Source: Cycas panzhihuaensis
Taxonomy: Eukaryota > Plantae > Cycadophyta
Reading direction: 5' to 3'
Assembly (NCBI GenBank): GCA_023213395.1
Contig: CM041465.1
Location: 156,681,741-156,745,740, forward strand
Length of the DNA stretch: 64,000 bases
Both the position numbers and the translations under genes were made by a program. Under the pieces are notes generated by a model that saw nothing but the letters and a program-made list of their open reading frames with translations, was not told the DNA's origin and ran no database searches. Shown here one piece after another: positions 25,101-36,919 of the stretch; within the stretch, counting starts at the first letter, position 1, and each line of letters begins with the position of its first letter.

Positions 25101-28100
25101 CCATATCTCTTAGAGGTACCTGTTTGAACTGGTACCAAAAGGCAGAGGAAAAATAGCAACAGAACTAGGATTGGGAAGAAATGGTTAAGGAATTTTTCCA
25201 AACTTTTTCCAATTTTGAATTAAGTCATAAAGGTTGTTATCAGATGGAAAAACAGGAAGAGAGAGATGGAAGAAATTTCCCCTCATCTTATTCTTTCATA
25301 GAATATAGCAGAAAAGAAATCTGCTAGACCCCTGCATATAAGTTACAGCCAAATGGAAAGACCATTCAAAGGAATGAACTCCGGCTGAGGAAAATCAATA
25401 TTGGATTGGAGAAGGATCCTAAAATGATAACTATAGGGGATTATTGGGAACTTGAAATAATGCACCAAGCAACAGGACTTTTCACTTAATATAGAGATGT
25501 TTTTGCATGATCCTATAAGGACCTAAAGGGGATACCCCCTGAGATTGGGGAACATAGGATTGACTTATTGGAAAATGCAAAACCAGTAAGACAAAGACCC
25601 TATTGAATGAATTCCAGATATAAGGAACAAGTGAAACTGGAATTGGATAAATTATTAGAAGCAGGATACATCTTCGAGGTCGAAAATAGCGAGTGGGTAA
25701 GCCCAATAATGGTTGTACCTAAAAAGAATGGGAAACTATGGGTATGTGTGGATTACAGGGCCTTGAACAAGGCAACGAAAAGAGATCCATTCCCAATTCC
25801 TTTTATAGAAGATGTCCGGGAAAAGGTTGCCAGATATGAAGTATTTTCCTTCACAGATGGACTCAGCGGTTATAACCAAGTCCAGATCATTCCTGAAGAC
25901 CAGTTGAAAACCACATTTGTACAGAATGGGGCATGTATGCATATAGAGTAATGCCCTTTGGGCTTACCAATGCACCTGCCATCTTTCAAAGAATAATCTT
26001 GAATATCTTTCGAGAATTAATAGGGAAAGCAATTGAAGTCTTTTTGGATGACTGGACGATATACAGTGGACTGAAAAACCATCTAACTCAATTGAAAGTG
26101 ATGTTGGAATTGTGCAAGAAAAGTCAGTTGTGTTTGAATCTAGAAAAATGTACCTTCATGGTACCATTTGGCTCCTTATTGGGCCACATTGTGACCAAAG
26201 AAGGGCTATTGGCTGACCCGACAAAAGTAGAAGTTATCCTCAACTTTCCAGTACCTCAAAATATGAAGAAATTGAAGGGATTTCTAGGTATGACAAGGTA
26301 CTACTGTAAATTTATACGAGGGTACACCCAAATTGCTTATCCCTTAGAATCATTATTGAAAAAAACAAAAAGTTGGGAATGGTCACTAAAGCAACAACTG
26401 ACATTTGAAGTTTTGAAGAAGAAAATAGTAGAGGCCCCCATATTTAGATTTCTAAATTGGAGTAAGCCCTTCCATGTTCATGTAGATGCCTTACTATAGG
26501 CAATTGGCTATGTACTAGCTCAACCAGCAGATGAGAAAGTGGACCTTCCTATTGCATTTGCAAGTAGGAAATTGATAGCAACAAAGCAGAATTATACAGT
26601 TACAAAGAGAGAAGGGTTAGGCATGATTTATGCCTTACAAAAGTTTAGGCATTATCTTTTGGCTAACCCTTTTGTGTTCTTTGTAAATTATCAAGCCCTA
26701 CAATATTTAATCAATAAACCAATCTTACAGGGGAGAATTAGTCATTGGTTGCTATTTTTTCAGGGATTTATGTTCAAGATCATAGTAAGAAAGGGAGAAA
26801 AACACATAGTGCTGGACTAGTTTTCTAGAATCCAGGAAGGGGTGGCAAAAGTTGGAGTAATAGACGATTTTCCATATCACAAATTATTTTTTATTGAAGC
26901 CATTCCTCCATGGTATGAAGGTATTGTTGAATATCTATCCACAGGACAAACACCAAAGGGACTTGAGAAAGCTAAAAGAAGAAGCTTTATTAGGAAGGCG
27001 TTTCCATTCCAACTGATAGGAGAAACAATGTACAAAATGGGACCAGACGAAGTGGTTCACAGATGTATATTGGAGCATGAGGTGCAAACCATGCTCAGGG
27101 AAGCACATGAAGGGGTAGCTTCAATTCACCATAGCAGCGAAGCAATAGCACGGAAGATACTATTGGCAGGATTATGGTGGCCAACCCTGCTCGAGGATTG
27201 AGACAAGTGGGTAGAAACTTGTGATATATGTCAACGAACGGATAAGCCTTCAAAGAGAAACTATCTACCTCTGCATCCAATAGTAGCTCAAGCCCCATTT
27301 GAGAAATGGGGATTAGACTTTGTAGGATCAATCAGCCCTCCAGCTCAGAGAACAAATGCAAGATACATTTCAGTAGCAACAGATTTTCTGACAGTGGATT
27401 GAAGCTAAACCTATGAGAAAATGTGATGCAAGAACCACTGCATGTTTTCTGTATGAAATAATTATAGTTCGGTTTAGATGCCCATTACAAATAGTATAAG
27501 ACCAAGGGGGGATTTCTCAATCAAATAATTAAATATTTGACCTCTGAATTTTTAATACAGCATGGTAGGTCCTCACCATATTACCCTAGAGCAAATGGAC
27601 AGGTCAAGAGCACTAACAAGATTTTGAAGATTGCTCTTATGAAAATTTGTAATGTAGAATGGACAAATTGGGCAGAGAAATTGCACTCTATCCTATGGGC
27701 TAATCGGACTACAAGAAAACGACCACATAAGCACACACCCTTTCAACTAGTATATGGAATGGAAGTAATAGTCCCTTTGGAGTTCCAAGCAGAAAGCATT
27801 TGAATAGCACAATAATTAAGAATGGAGACAGAGGATTCATATAATCAACGACTAGTCCAACTGATGAAATTGGATGAAGAATGTGCCAAGGCACTTTGGG
27901 AATTACAGATAGAAAAAACAAAAAGGCGCAAGGTATGGCACGATCAACATTTAAGAAGGCCATAGTACAAGGTAAATGATTTGGTTTTATTATATGATAG
28001 TAAATTCAGGATGAAACCTGAAAAAATGAAAATTAGATTGTTAGGTCCATATAAGGTTTCTCACATTCATGAAAAAGACGCTGTTAAACTAGCATAGTTA

Positions 28101-28125
28101 GATGGTAAACCATTGACTAAAATCA
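22179..28125 (+). pseudogene. gag-pol: Gypsy gag-pol, disrupted
   Basis: FDGSGDPGDHL and TLRGVAIAWY (capsid), IVDGGSAVNIL (PR), WVSPI..CVDYRALN, MPFGLTNAP, VFLDD (RT), PIAFASRKL (RH), GLWWPTL, WGLDF, PYYPRANGQ, GPY (INT). Confidence 0.93.
24749..25210 (+). other. Two tandem Gag capsid N-terminal-like domains in frame between protease and RT
   Basis: LPQYGG..AEEHVKRF..LFALTLNGQALARY..DWIELKRLFLIRF, then FPIF..PKQHIESC..CFPISLRGTCLNWY..DWEEMVKEFFQTF. Both parallel the element's own gag FDGSGDPGDHL..FFSTLRGVAIAWY..TWKTIQMQFLDRF. Confidence 0.75.
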
Positions 28126-31100
28126 TTGTGACATTATGAGAATGTTTGAAACAATGGAAGCACAATTTACAAAGCCATTGATTGTGAGTGAAGTAACACA
28201 TCTCATTTGTTACAAGTATGAAGGGGACAAGTACAGGGTTGTTAAACAAATGGGAATAAAGCTAGTCAACCATCATTGACTTGAAGACTATTTGAAGGTT
28301 TAGGCATTATTTCTTGAAGAGAATTACTAAAAATGTGGATGGGAACTAGAGATTTTGGAGGCAAAGGGCAGTGATTCAGAAGATGTTCAAGATAGCAGAA
28401 GTTGTCTGTCTCTGTTGTCAACACACAATCAAGTCTCTTATAATTATTCTACTAGTTTACATGGACCTTTTGTGGTGCCAAATTCCAAACCCCTTTCACA
28501 TCCTACGTCAAATAAGTTTGTTGTTACAAATAAGGAATTGCCAAAACTTTCACGCAAAGAACATACAAAAGCAAGGATTTATGAAAAATTGGAAAGGAAT
28601 GAGAAGCTTTTAGACATAGAGAGTAGAGATGAACATAAAGAATCTTCTCTAACATTAGTAAACCTCAATGACGCCTACTTGTTAAACGTTAGACAAAAAA
28701 TTAAAGAAGCAAGTAATAAGATTACAAGAATTACATCAGAAAAATTTATTTAAAAATCATAGAGGACATATGGACAAATGTGTCAACAAGGCAAATGAGG
28801 ATGGCACATCTATACTAAAAGCTAATGGAATACAAGATCATGCAATATAAAAAGAAAAAGGGCATACAAACTAAATCATAATCCCAACACATAATTTGAG
28901 CACATAAGAAGAAGAAAATAATACACAATAGGAAAATAAGGATAAACCATTAATAATTGATAAGGGCAAAAAGTTAGTGTTATTCTCAAAAGAATATATA
29001 ATAATTTATAATAAAAAAGATATCAAGTATATGCTAGAAAAGTTACTAATGCCAATGATGACATCTACGTTCCCTGATCAATTTGAGAAGAACCAACTAG
29101 TGTCAATAACATCTCTTGATCAATTTGAACAAAAGTTATTAATACCGACAATAACTAGTTCACCTCCTAATCAACCGAATAAGACAAATCAAATATTTAC
29201 ATCGTGTCTACCAAAGGATTTCCCAGTGTCAGCAATAATTATTTCACCTCCTAATGAATCTGAGAAGATCTCAAGCATTGGTATAGAATCTTATATTCTA
29301 AGACAAATCTACGCCTGTTAACAGATTTAAGTCAAAGTCGAATTGAAGATTCCTTGGCGGCAACCTTTAACCTACAGGTAAAAGCATACAGAAATTTAAT
29401 ATTTTTGTAGTCCGCATCTACCAAAAAATTTCACAATCGCATCAACTTACTCAAGCTTGTCCTTGTATTCTCATTTGTTATTATTTAAAGTTCAGATAAT
29501 TATGACTCGATGATATATATTAGATGATTATGATATCCTTTTATCAAGAAGAGGAGACATCAAACCAATCGTTATCTCAATTATGTTTTGAGGACGAAAC
29601 ATTTCAAAGAGGGGGTCTTGTTACGAACCGCCTTAAAAGCAATAATTAATTGATCATTATCAAAAGTCTCGTCAAATGAATACAACTGTTTATGAAAAAA
29701 TCCTATGCATATAAATATGTCCTCAATTGTGACATTCAACATCACTTATTTATCAATCGATGTGTTGGTCTTTTAACTGGTAAAACTCTTAAAAGCTTTC
29801 CTGCGCCTTCATATTAATCCAGTTAATTCTCCAAGTTACGGAGTAGGTCTATAACACTTCCTCCATCATTTCTTCATTAATCTTCATAAGATTTTCCACC
29901 TCTACTGTTTTTTCCTTTAAATCCTTTTGTAATTTTGATTCATCGTCATCGTTGCCTCTCCTCTCCCAAAAGTTCATCCAATCATGCCTTTATTTGTTGT
30001 ACTTCCCTCTCCTTGGGAAGTTTGCTTGCCTAGTTATTTCGATCATGGTGGTGGGCTTGGCTCTTCTGCTATTCTATCTCTAATATGGACTCAACCACTT
30101 GTTGCATCCACTTTTTGGCTTTCTTTTTGGGATAATGAGGAGGAGTGGGGTGTGTATCACCTTGAAACCACAAGATAATTTGCCTCATTGCTGCATGAAC
30201 CAATTGCTTAACCTCATTGAAATGTATATCCATAGGAAATGGACTTGTCCACTACTATAATAGGGCCCATCCTTCCTTAATTTCTACTTGGGGCAACTAT
30301 GCTATAACTATTTAGGCAAATAGTAGCTCTAATAACAATGAAGGATGTTTAAACGTGGATTTTGGCCCTCTCACCTTTTATAACTATTTCTAGAGGGATT
30401 ATACCAAATACTCACTCCAATTAAGCAACATTCCCTCCTACACCTCTTGGAGGGTTGTCAAAATTCCAACAGAGCAATATGTGAACTACTTCTTCCCTAG
30501 GAACCATGTGACATAAACTTTGGCCAACCACCTCAATTTTGGATCCAAGAAGTTGCCAATCTTTACACCTTTGTTATATGTGTGTGAACTTGATTTACGT
30601 AAGGCATGGACAACCAACTCTTTGCCCAACTTTGTTCATTTGTCCACAATTGGTACCCTCCTAGCAGAAGGTAATTTAATGATTTGCCAAATGAGGTTTG
30701 CAGATATTTCTATTTTGTCCATGTTTTTGGCGATCATCTCCAAATATTCTTCATCATTGTGTTGTCCCAATAGAGAGGTGGTAACAATGTATATCTACTC
30801 CATCCAACCCTAATTATGGCTACTTTAAACTTGTCAATCATCCATAGATACTCATTCTCCAAATGTGGTAGTTAGGGTTCCAATAATTCTATCTCATTTT
30901 GTCAAAAATTCACCACAAAATGCTTGCAAAATTCTTACCAATTCTCTAGAATGCCTTAGAACACTTGTTGGAACACTTACGAAAACTCTTGCTATGGGTA
31001 TTAGTAGAATATTGATTTTCATAATATTCAATGTAATATTTAATTTAGTGGTTGAAATATCATTGCTCAATGTAAAGGTTCTCAAACTTGTTCTAAGTGG

Positions 31101-31391
31101 TCGATGTATCAATGCAAAACCATTGGTTGATGATGAGGCGACACAAGTATATAAGGGCATGTATATTATAAGACAAACTAGATAACCCAATTCTCTTTAG
31201 GAGACTAGATGACTTATGATGATTTTTAATATGAGATTTCATACATGATTTTGGAGGTGGTTTTTCCTGTTCATGGGTTTTCCACATTAAATATTATGTC
31301 ACGTTTATGCTTGCATCATTGACTCTTTGATTGCCCTTATTATCTTTTATAATGTTAAATGATTATATAATTATTGATGTTTACACATATT

Positions 31392-32417
31392 GATGAATAC
31401 ATTTAATGGTTGATATATGTCTTACTTATACACGTTAATATGGTATCAAATCAAATCAAAATTTCTACATGGTATCAAAATGCAGGTGACACGATATTAA
31501 GATAAGTGAAGAGATCTTGAGGAGACTTATTGAAGAGCGAATATGAGACCCTGTATGAGACCAATGAAGAGTAAGTACGAGAATGATGCATGATGTTGAA
31601 GACCACATGCACGTGGTGGCGATTTTTGCCATTCAAAGATGATCCATGCATGCATTATACAAATGCTGAAGAGCTAATATCAATGTTGGTATGAGGCAGT
31701 ACGAGACAGTGATAGGACCTAGTATGAGCTAGTACTAATTGAGAGATTAATGTGTTGAATCAAGAACCTATTGATAGCTATGATTGAGATTATTGAGGCA
31801 TGATGCAGATATGATGAAGATTTGGTGCAAAATTGAATATGGAATCTCTTCATTGGTACGCAGTTTTATTGATGATTTTGTCAACATATTTACTATGCAT
31901 GTGGCATGCATATTTTGGAGCATGTAGGTGTTTGAATGGAGTCCACATTTGACAATTAATGACAAAGAAGAGGAACGAAGTCCCGATGTAGGACTCATCA
32001 CCTTGCAATAGAGAACTAAGTTGCCGCTTGATGGTGAATACATCTCCCATATTCTATTTGATTTATGCGAGTTTTTTGTCCACCTTTGTTTATGGATTTA
32101 TATCCATTTTATTAGAATTTTTTTAGCAAAACTTGATTATTATTGTTGAGAGATAATGAACATTTGAAAATGTTTTATGGAGATTATTGTTTTTCCTTTT
32201 GAAGTGACATGATGATGATATGACATTTTCTTGCAGGAGAACAAGCAAGATGAAAGCAAGTTTGATTAGTTGATATCTATAGGTAATATGAGGTCAAGAA
32301 AATGGGCAAGTGATGATTATGAACAATTTGAGATGAATATATTTAATAGATAATACACGTGCAACTTATACACATTTGTTAATATGGCACCAAATCAAAT
32401 CAAATTTAATTTTCTAT
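31392..32417 (+). repeat. Degenerate direct repeat (31392-31469 and 32332-32417), possibly an old small LTR element
   Basis: GATGAATA.ATTTAAT..ACTTATACAC..GTTAATATGG..CAAATCAAAT..TTTCTA(C/T)A occurs twice. The first copy is followed by TGGTATCAAAATGC (PBS-like). Confidence 0.4.
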
Positions 32418-33179
32418 AGGTGTTGTCGTCCAAACCGTTCTTGCAATCTTTGAACCATTTTGATGCTTCTGTGATAGGGATTTACTTTGAAAATTACTCA
32501 AATCCTCTTTGAATCTTGCTCCAAATTCACTACTATGCTTCTAGTGTTTCTCTAGAATGTTTATCACTGCACAACTGCTTGAAAAATGAAGAAATTTTGT
32601 CGAAAAATGAGTTTATCGGCTAGAATGTTTTAGTTTTTTCATTGAACAGTTGCTTAATGCATTCCTTGACAAAATGTTTTTGTGCCAATCATTTCAACCA
32701 TTCATGGAACGCTTTTGGTATGCTTCTAGGACACTACTAGGAACACTTTAGAGAAATAACTTTTATTCAAATTTTTGCTCTCATTTTGACTCTTTTGCTC
32801 CCATCGTCTTGTATAGGGATTTTGTAGGGTTTTATTGTTGATATATATGCTTTTCAAAAAATTCCTTAGTGTTGTAAAGTGGTTAAGTTATAATTTTCTT
32901 TACTTTTTTATTTTTTGTATTTTTGTTTTTAACATATCAAGACAGAATCAATCCCGTGATACCAAGCCAGCCTCAATTGTCCTCGATTTCAAGCAACACA
33001 TACATGGTACAACTGTTGATTCCCCTAGTGATTTTTGTTAACCCTAACTATGATAGTGTTTTAACCTACTACCATTTAACAATTTTGGCAGATATTGTTC
33101 ATCTAGTTCTCTCAGTTGAACCAAATTGTTCTTGAATATCTGCTAGATCACATATGGGTATAACTAGTGCATTTTTAGT

Positions 33180-33262
33180 TTTCCTAGATGGGTTTTGAGC
33201 TTTCTGTCATATAATAAAACTTCATCACCTTTGTTGAATTGCGGTGATCAAAGCTAGCAATC
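33180..33262 (-). pseudogene. pol: Old gypsy integrase C-terminus (continues 43176-44108)
   Basis: Joined across the TSD CAATC it reads RQRA*HD..QFNKGDEVLLYDRK. Confidence 0.7.
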
Positions 33263-33681
33263 TATAAAACTCTCAATGAATGCTTTATCACATTAATGAG
33301 GGAAATGTTGGAATATGAATGGAAATCATTCAAGATCATTCAATATTCAAGAACAATAGAACAAGTATCATGAACATAATATTATAGCATTAACTCAATA
33401 TGAAAGAGGTTACATCACAATGTCTCCACAACCACAATAATATCATAATGGACTCCATCTTGACTTAATATGATCTACTCTACCTCAACCACTTATTTAT
33501 ATATCACAAGTGGGAGAGAGTAGGACGATGTGTGTTACATGTGGGATAAATGACCTCTTACACAACGAACCACATAGCACCTATTTATTGACCAATAACC
33601 TGATGACCACTTATATGCACGAATGTGCATTACATTAACATTACGATGACATTTACCTAAATACATTAGGACACATACACA

Positions 33682-35025
33682 TTAAATATTATCTTCCAAC
33701 ACCTCTCCATAATGTTTAATGTCAAGACTACAAAGAGTCTGAATATTTAAGACTAACATGACACTTGACATTAGACTTAGGACATTAAACATGACTTCTA
33801 TTAGACTTCTAATTTGACCAACATGTACTTTGTATTCTTTGAATTTGTAGCGCCTTGATCTTTGAATAGTCTTGAAAACAATGTCTTCGCCTTGTTCTTT
33901 ATCTTCATTTCTGCAGTGTTGTCCTTGAAGTAGTCTTCTAGAGTGATGGTCCTTGAACTTTGCCTTCTTCATCTTCATATGCAATAGAGAATCCTTTGTC
34001 ATGCAAAATGTGTAGTAGATCATAATTGAACCAATCTAGGCCTGGTGTGAATCTGACAAGCAATCCTGTAGGTACTCCTCAAAAACATCTTGAAATTTGA
34101 GGTATAAATCAAGTGTGTCTTCATTCATTGGTTTACTCATCACCTATTCATCTTCATTACCTTCAAAATATGAGTCATCAACATATATTGAACCAATGTC
34201 AAAACTTGAAGATAAGTTAACAAAAGAGGAATCAACATCATTTGAAATACAAACATCAACATCCAAATCCTATATGTGTTCTTCCTCTTGATTAGTACTT
34301 CTGACAACAATTCCTCCAAGTTTTGGTGGAAAGTCTTCATCTACCTGTGAATGGCCAGGAATGGACTCAATAACATCTTCAAAAGAACAAATCGATTTGA
34401 CTTCATCCTCCCTTGAAGCAATAGATTCATCTAGTTGAATTTTTATTGTTCGATCACTATTGTTAGCAATCAAATCATTGATCTCATCATGGTTAAATTC
34501 AACAACATATTCAAGCGTAATTTCTTCACATTTATCAACAGTCTCATCAATTTCTTCACATACCTCTTCTCCTGAATAAACAGTATTCTCTTCATCATCC
34601 TTTTTACTTATATTATAACTATCAGTGGTTTTGCTTGCCCTTTCAAGAGCCTCTTGCACCTCTTGAGGGCTCTTTTTATATGCATCCTTCAACAGATTCT
34701 ATGCCTCGTTAGCGGTATCAATATTTTCAATTGCATGAAAGAGGAATTGGTAAGGAGGAGGAAGGTTTTCTTTGTCAAATACTGCAAGCATAACATCAAT
34801 TGCTAGTTTGTTCTTTTTCTTAAAGTTTTCCAACCCTTCTTCATTAATCAATACAATACCATCAAGAATAATTTTTAATAGCCTTTTAGCCATAAATATA
34901 CACTCCATTTTAATTTTTCAAATTTGAAAATTAGTTTCAATATATTTGTGTAAGGCCCGAGGAAAATCTGTTAACCATAATTCATTCTTTTCTAATATAA
35001 AAACAATGACATCATTTAACTCCAT
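33682..35025 (-). pseudogene. Single ancestral frame: copia Gag N-terminus + acidic region + diverged RNase H tail
   Basis: ETNFQI*KLKMECIF..EA*NLLKDAY (gag), D/E-rich middle, MTKDSLLHMKMKK..HC..EQGEDIVFK (cf. MTKNPILHARTKH..HC..EQVIDIFTK). All one frame, broken only by TAG/TGA stops. Confidence 0.7.
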
Positions 35026-36085
35026 GATGTATGAAGTAGTGGATCACAAACACATTACTTCAGGATTCATGTATCAACTTCAAACTAAAATAACTTCAAA
35101 AAATCTTTAGCAAATACCTTCAAATCACATATTGAAATGACTGCCTCTGAAATACAGTTCCAACGGTGCAGACGGTTTGCAAAACAGATACTTGGGTGAG
35201 GAGAAATTGCAAAAAACTGTACAAAGACCTCCTTAAGTACCAAAAACTGAAGAATGGTAGTCTTAATCCCCTTTAAAGGACAAGTTGCAGGTCACATTAG
35301 GACTTCATATGACTGAGGGGATGACCACTAGGGGGCTAGTGGATTTCAAATCAAATTCCAATTCTGTTAATTCCAATCAAATTCGCCCTGTCTGATTTGG
35401 AGTTTGAGGATTTCATAATACTTTCCAATTTGATTTCATATTTGAAAAACATTTGAAAAATATATATACCTTGATAAAAATTTTGGCACTATAACTTGCA
35501 CAAATTTGGTCAAACAGACGTTTCGATCAAATTCTTTTCTTCACGGTGCGTAAGATAGCACACAATTCTTTGAAGCAAAGAATAACAATATAGAGGTGCA
35601 ACAGGTGGATTACGACAGGGCTTGCTCAGATGGCAGATTGACTGGCAACAATTCTACAAAAAATGGGGCACAAGGCCATACACCTTCACATGATGACGAA
35701 CTGCAAATTCATCTTCTGGTGAGCCTGTCAGGTGACTCTCATGGAATTTCCACGTAGTGACCAAATCATTGAGTGATGGACTATGGATTCAATGGCGTAA
35801 GTATAATAAAAACTTTGGATAAGTAGGTGAAATAGGGTACCATGGTCACCATAAACTGAGCAATAGATCAATGGCTCTCAGTTCAAGACACAGCTCTTCA
35901 CAGATGATAGATGAATATTCCATAGTGGCTAATGATCAAGCACTTCGAGACAAAATTACATAGAATGTAATATCTATGGCATAGGTCATAAAATCACTCT
36001 AAGATGTTGAACAACAGAGCCTATACACAGCAGCAAGATCTTCGATAGAATCGACCAAGGGGGCTCAACTTATAAAGCATCGCAA

Positions 36086-36280
36086 CATGAATTGGGTCGA
36101 TTAAGACTATTGTGTGAGTCGGCCTCCACTCTTGCACTGGCTAAGCGTTACTATGCTTCTGAATTGAAAGTTGTGTCCCTTAAATTTGCTGTTGAAAACC
36201 TTGCAGGTGTCATGCATTCAAAGGGATTTGAGTATTTGAAGGAGAAATGACCCCTTCTTCTTCAAATCCTACAACTGTTT
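36086..36280 (+). pseudogene. BPM: Captured fragment of a BTB/POZ-MATH (BPM) gene, C-terminal region
   Basis: Translates HELGRLRLLCES-ASTLALAKRYYASELKVVSLKFAVENLAGVMHSKGFEYLKEK*PLL, matching the plant BPM pattern L.RL.LLCES..LALA....ELK.VCLKFAAENL.AVM.SDGFEYLKENCP. Confidence 0.85.
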
Positions 36281-36289
36281 TCAGAAGTT

Positions 36290-36387
36290 CCTTCCACAAG
36301 AGCAGTTTTTGCATGTCTTTCTTCTTCCTTTGCCCACCTCACAATCATCAACTAGGGGTAGTTCAGGTTTCTTCAAGTCCTCCTCCT
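36290..36387 (-). pseudogene. DRE2: Captured fragment of DRE2/anamorsin (CIAPIN1), first Fe-S cysteine motif
   Basis: Translates [32 protein letters not shown], matching the plant anamorsin pattern EEDLKKPQLP..DCEVG..RKACKNC.CGR. Confidence 0.85.
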
Positions 36388-36761
36388 TCCTTCACAAAGA
36401 AGAAATGACTGTTTATGCTTATAGGATTTCTTTATAGCAGCCTGCTTTCTTTTCCATACAGATGCAGGGTTTTAATTTCCACGAACTTCCACGACAGATG
36501 AAAGACTTCCACACAGCCACAGAAAACTCAAGTTTGAGCGCAAGATACTTCAATGAGGTTTCACCTTAGCTGGGCGCTCTCTCCTTTGTGATTATAGCTT
36601 TGGTTGTGCCTTTCATGGCAGGCAGTCTGTATGGCTTCCCTGATCATTCCACTAGAGTTTTCATGAGGCCTATAGATAGTACCAGTCCATGGCTTGGCAC
36701 CTCAAATCTTACCAAAGAGAGCTCTTCCAGTTGATGGGCATCTCTTTATCTTCCATGGTTG

Positions 36762-36919
36762 CAGGCATAGAAATACCATAGTGCATGATCTTAAGGACAA
36801 GCAAGCAGTAACTAGGGCAAACTTTCATTCTCTAAGGCTACAGGCATAGAAATACCATAGTGCATGATCTTAAGGACAGGCGGGCAGTAACTAGGGCAAA
36901 CTTTCATTCTCTGAGGCTA
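36762..36919. repeat. 79-bp tandem duplication
   Basis: CAGGCATAGAAATACC..TCTCT(A/G)AGGCTA twice, 4 mismatches. Confidence 0.95.

Larger units (their letters stand above)
21206..28125 (+). mobile_element. Ty3/gypsy element, 3'-truncated (LTR 21206-21865, PBS-Glu 21867-21882)
   Basis: TG..CA LTR followed by TGGTTCCGTTGCCGGG. Order gag-PR-RT-RH-INT. No 3' LTR found. Confidence 0.9.
17130..29856 (+). mobile_element. Outer short-LTR element (LTRs 17130-17367 and 29619-29856), Met-primed, probably gypsy-derived, hosting nested insertions
   Basis: 238-bp LTR pair, TSD CTTCC, PBS TGGTATCGGAGC 17370-17381 after a 2-nt spacer, TTGAGGACGAAAC..AAAGAGGGGG before the 3' LTR. Confidence 0.85.

Noticed and set aside
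29862-33180. Several 60-106 aa ORFs
   Set aside because: No motifs I can support; low-complexity AT-rich decayed sequence.
36660-36695. WTGTI..PH on the minus strand, resembling UEV1/MMS2
   Set aside because: Only ~9 codons with an imperfect match; too short to call a third captured gene.
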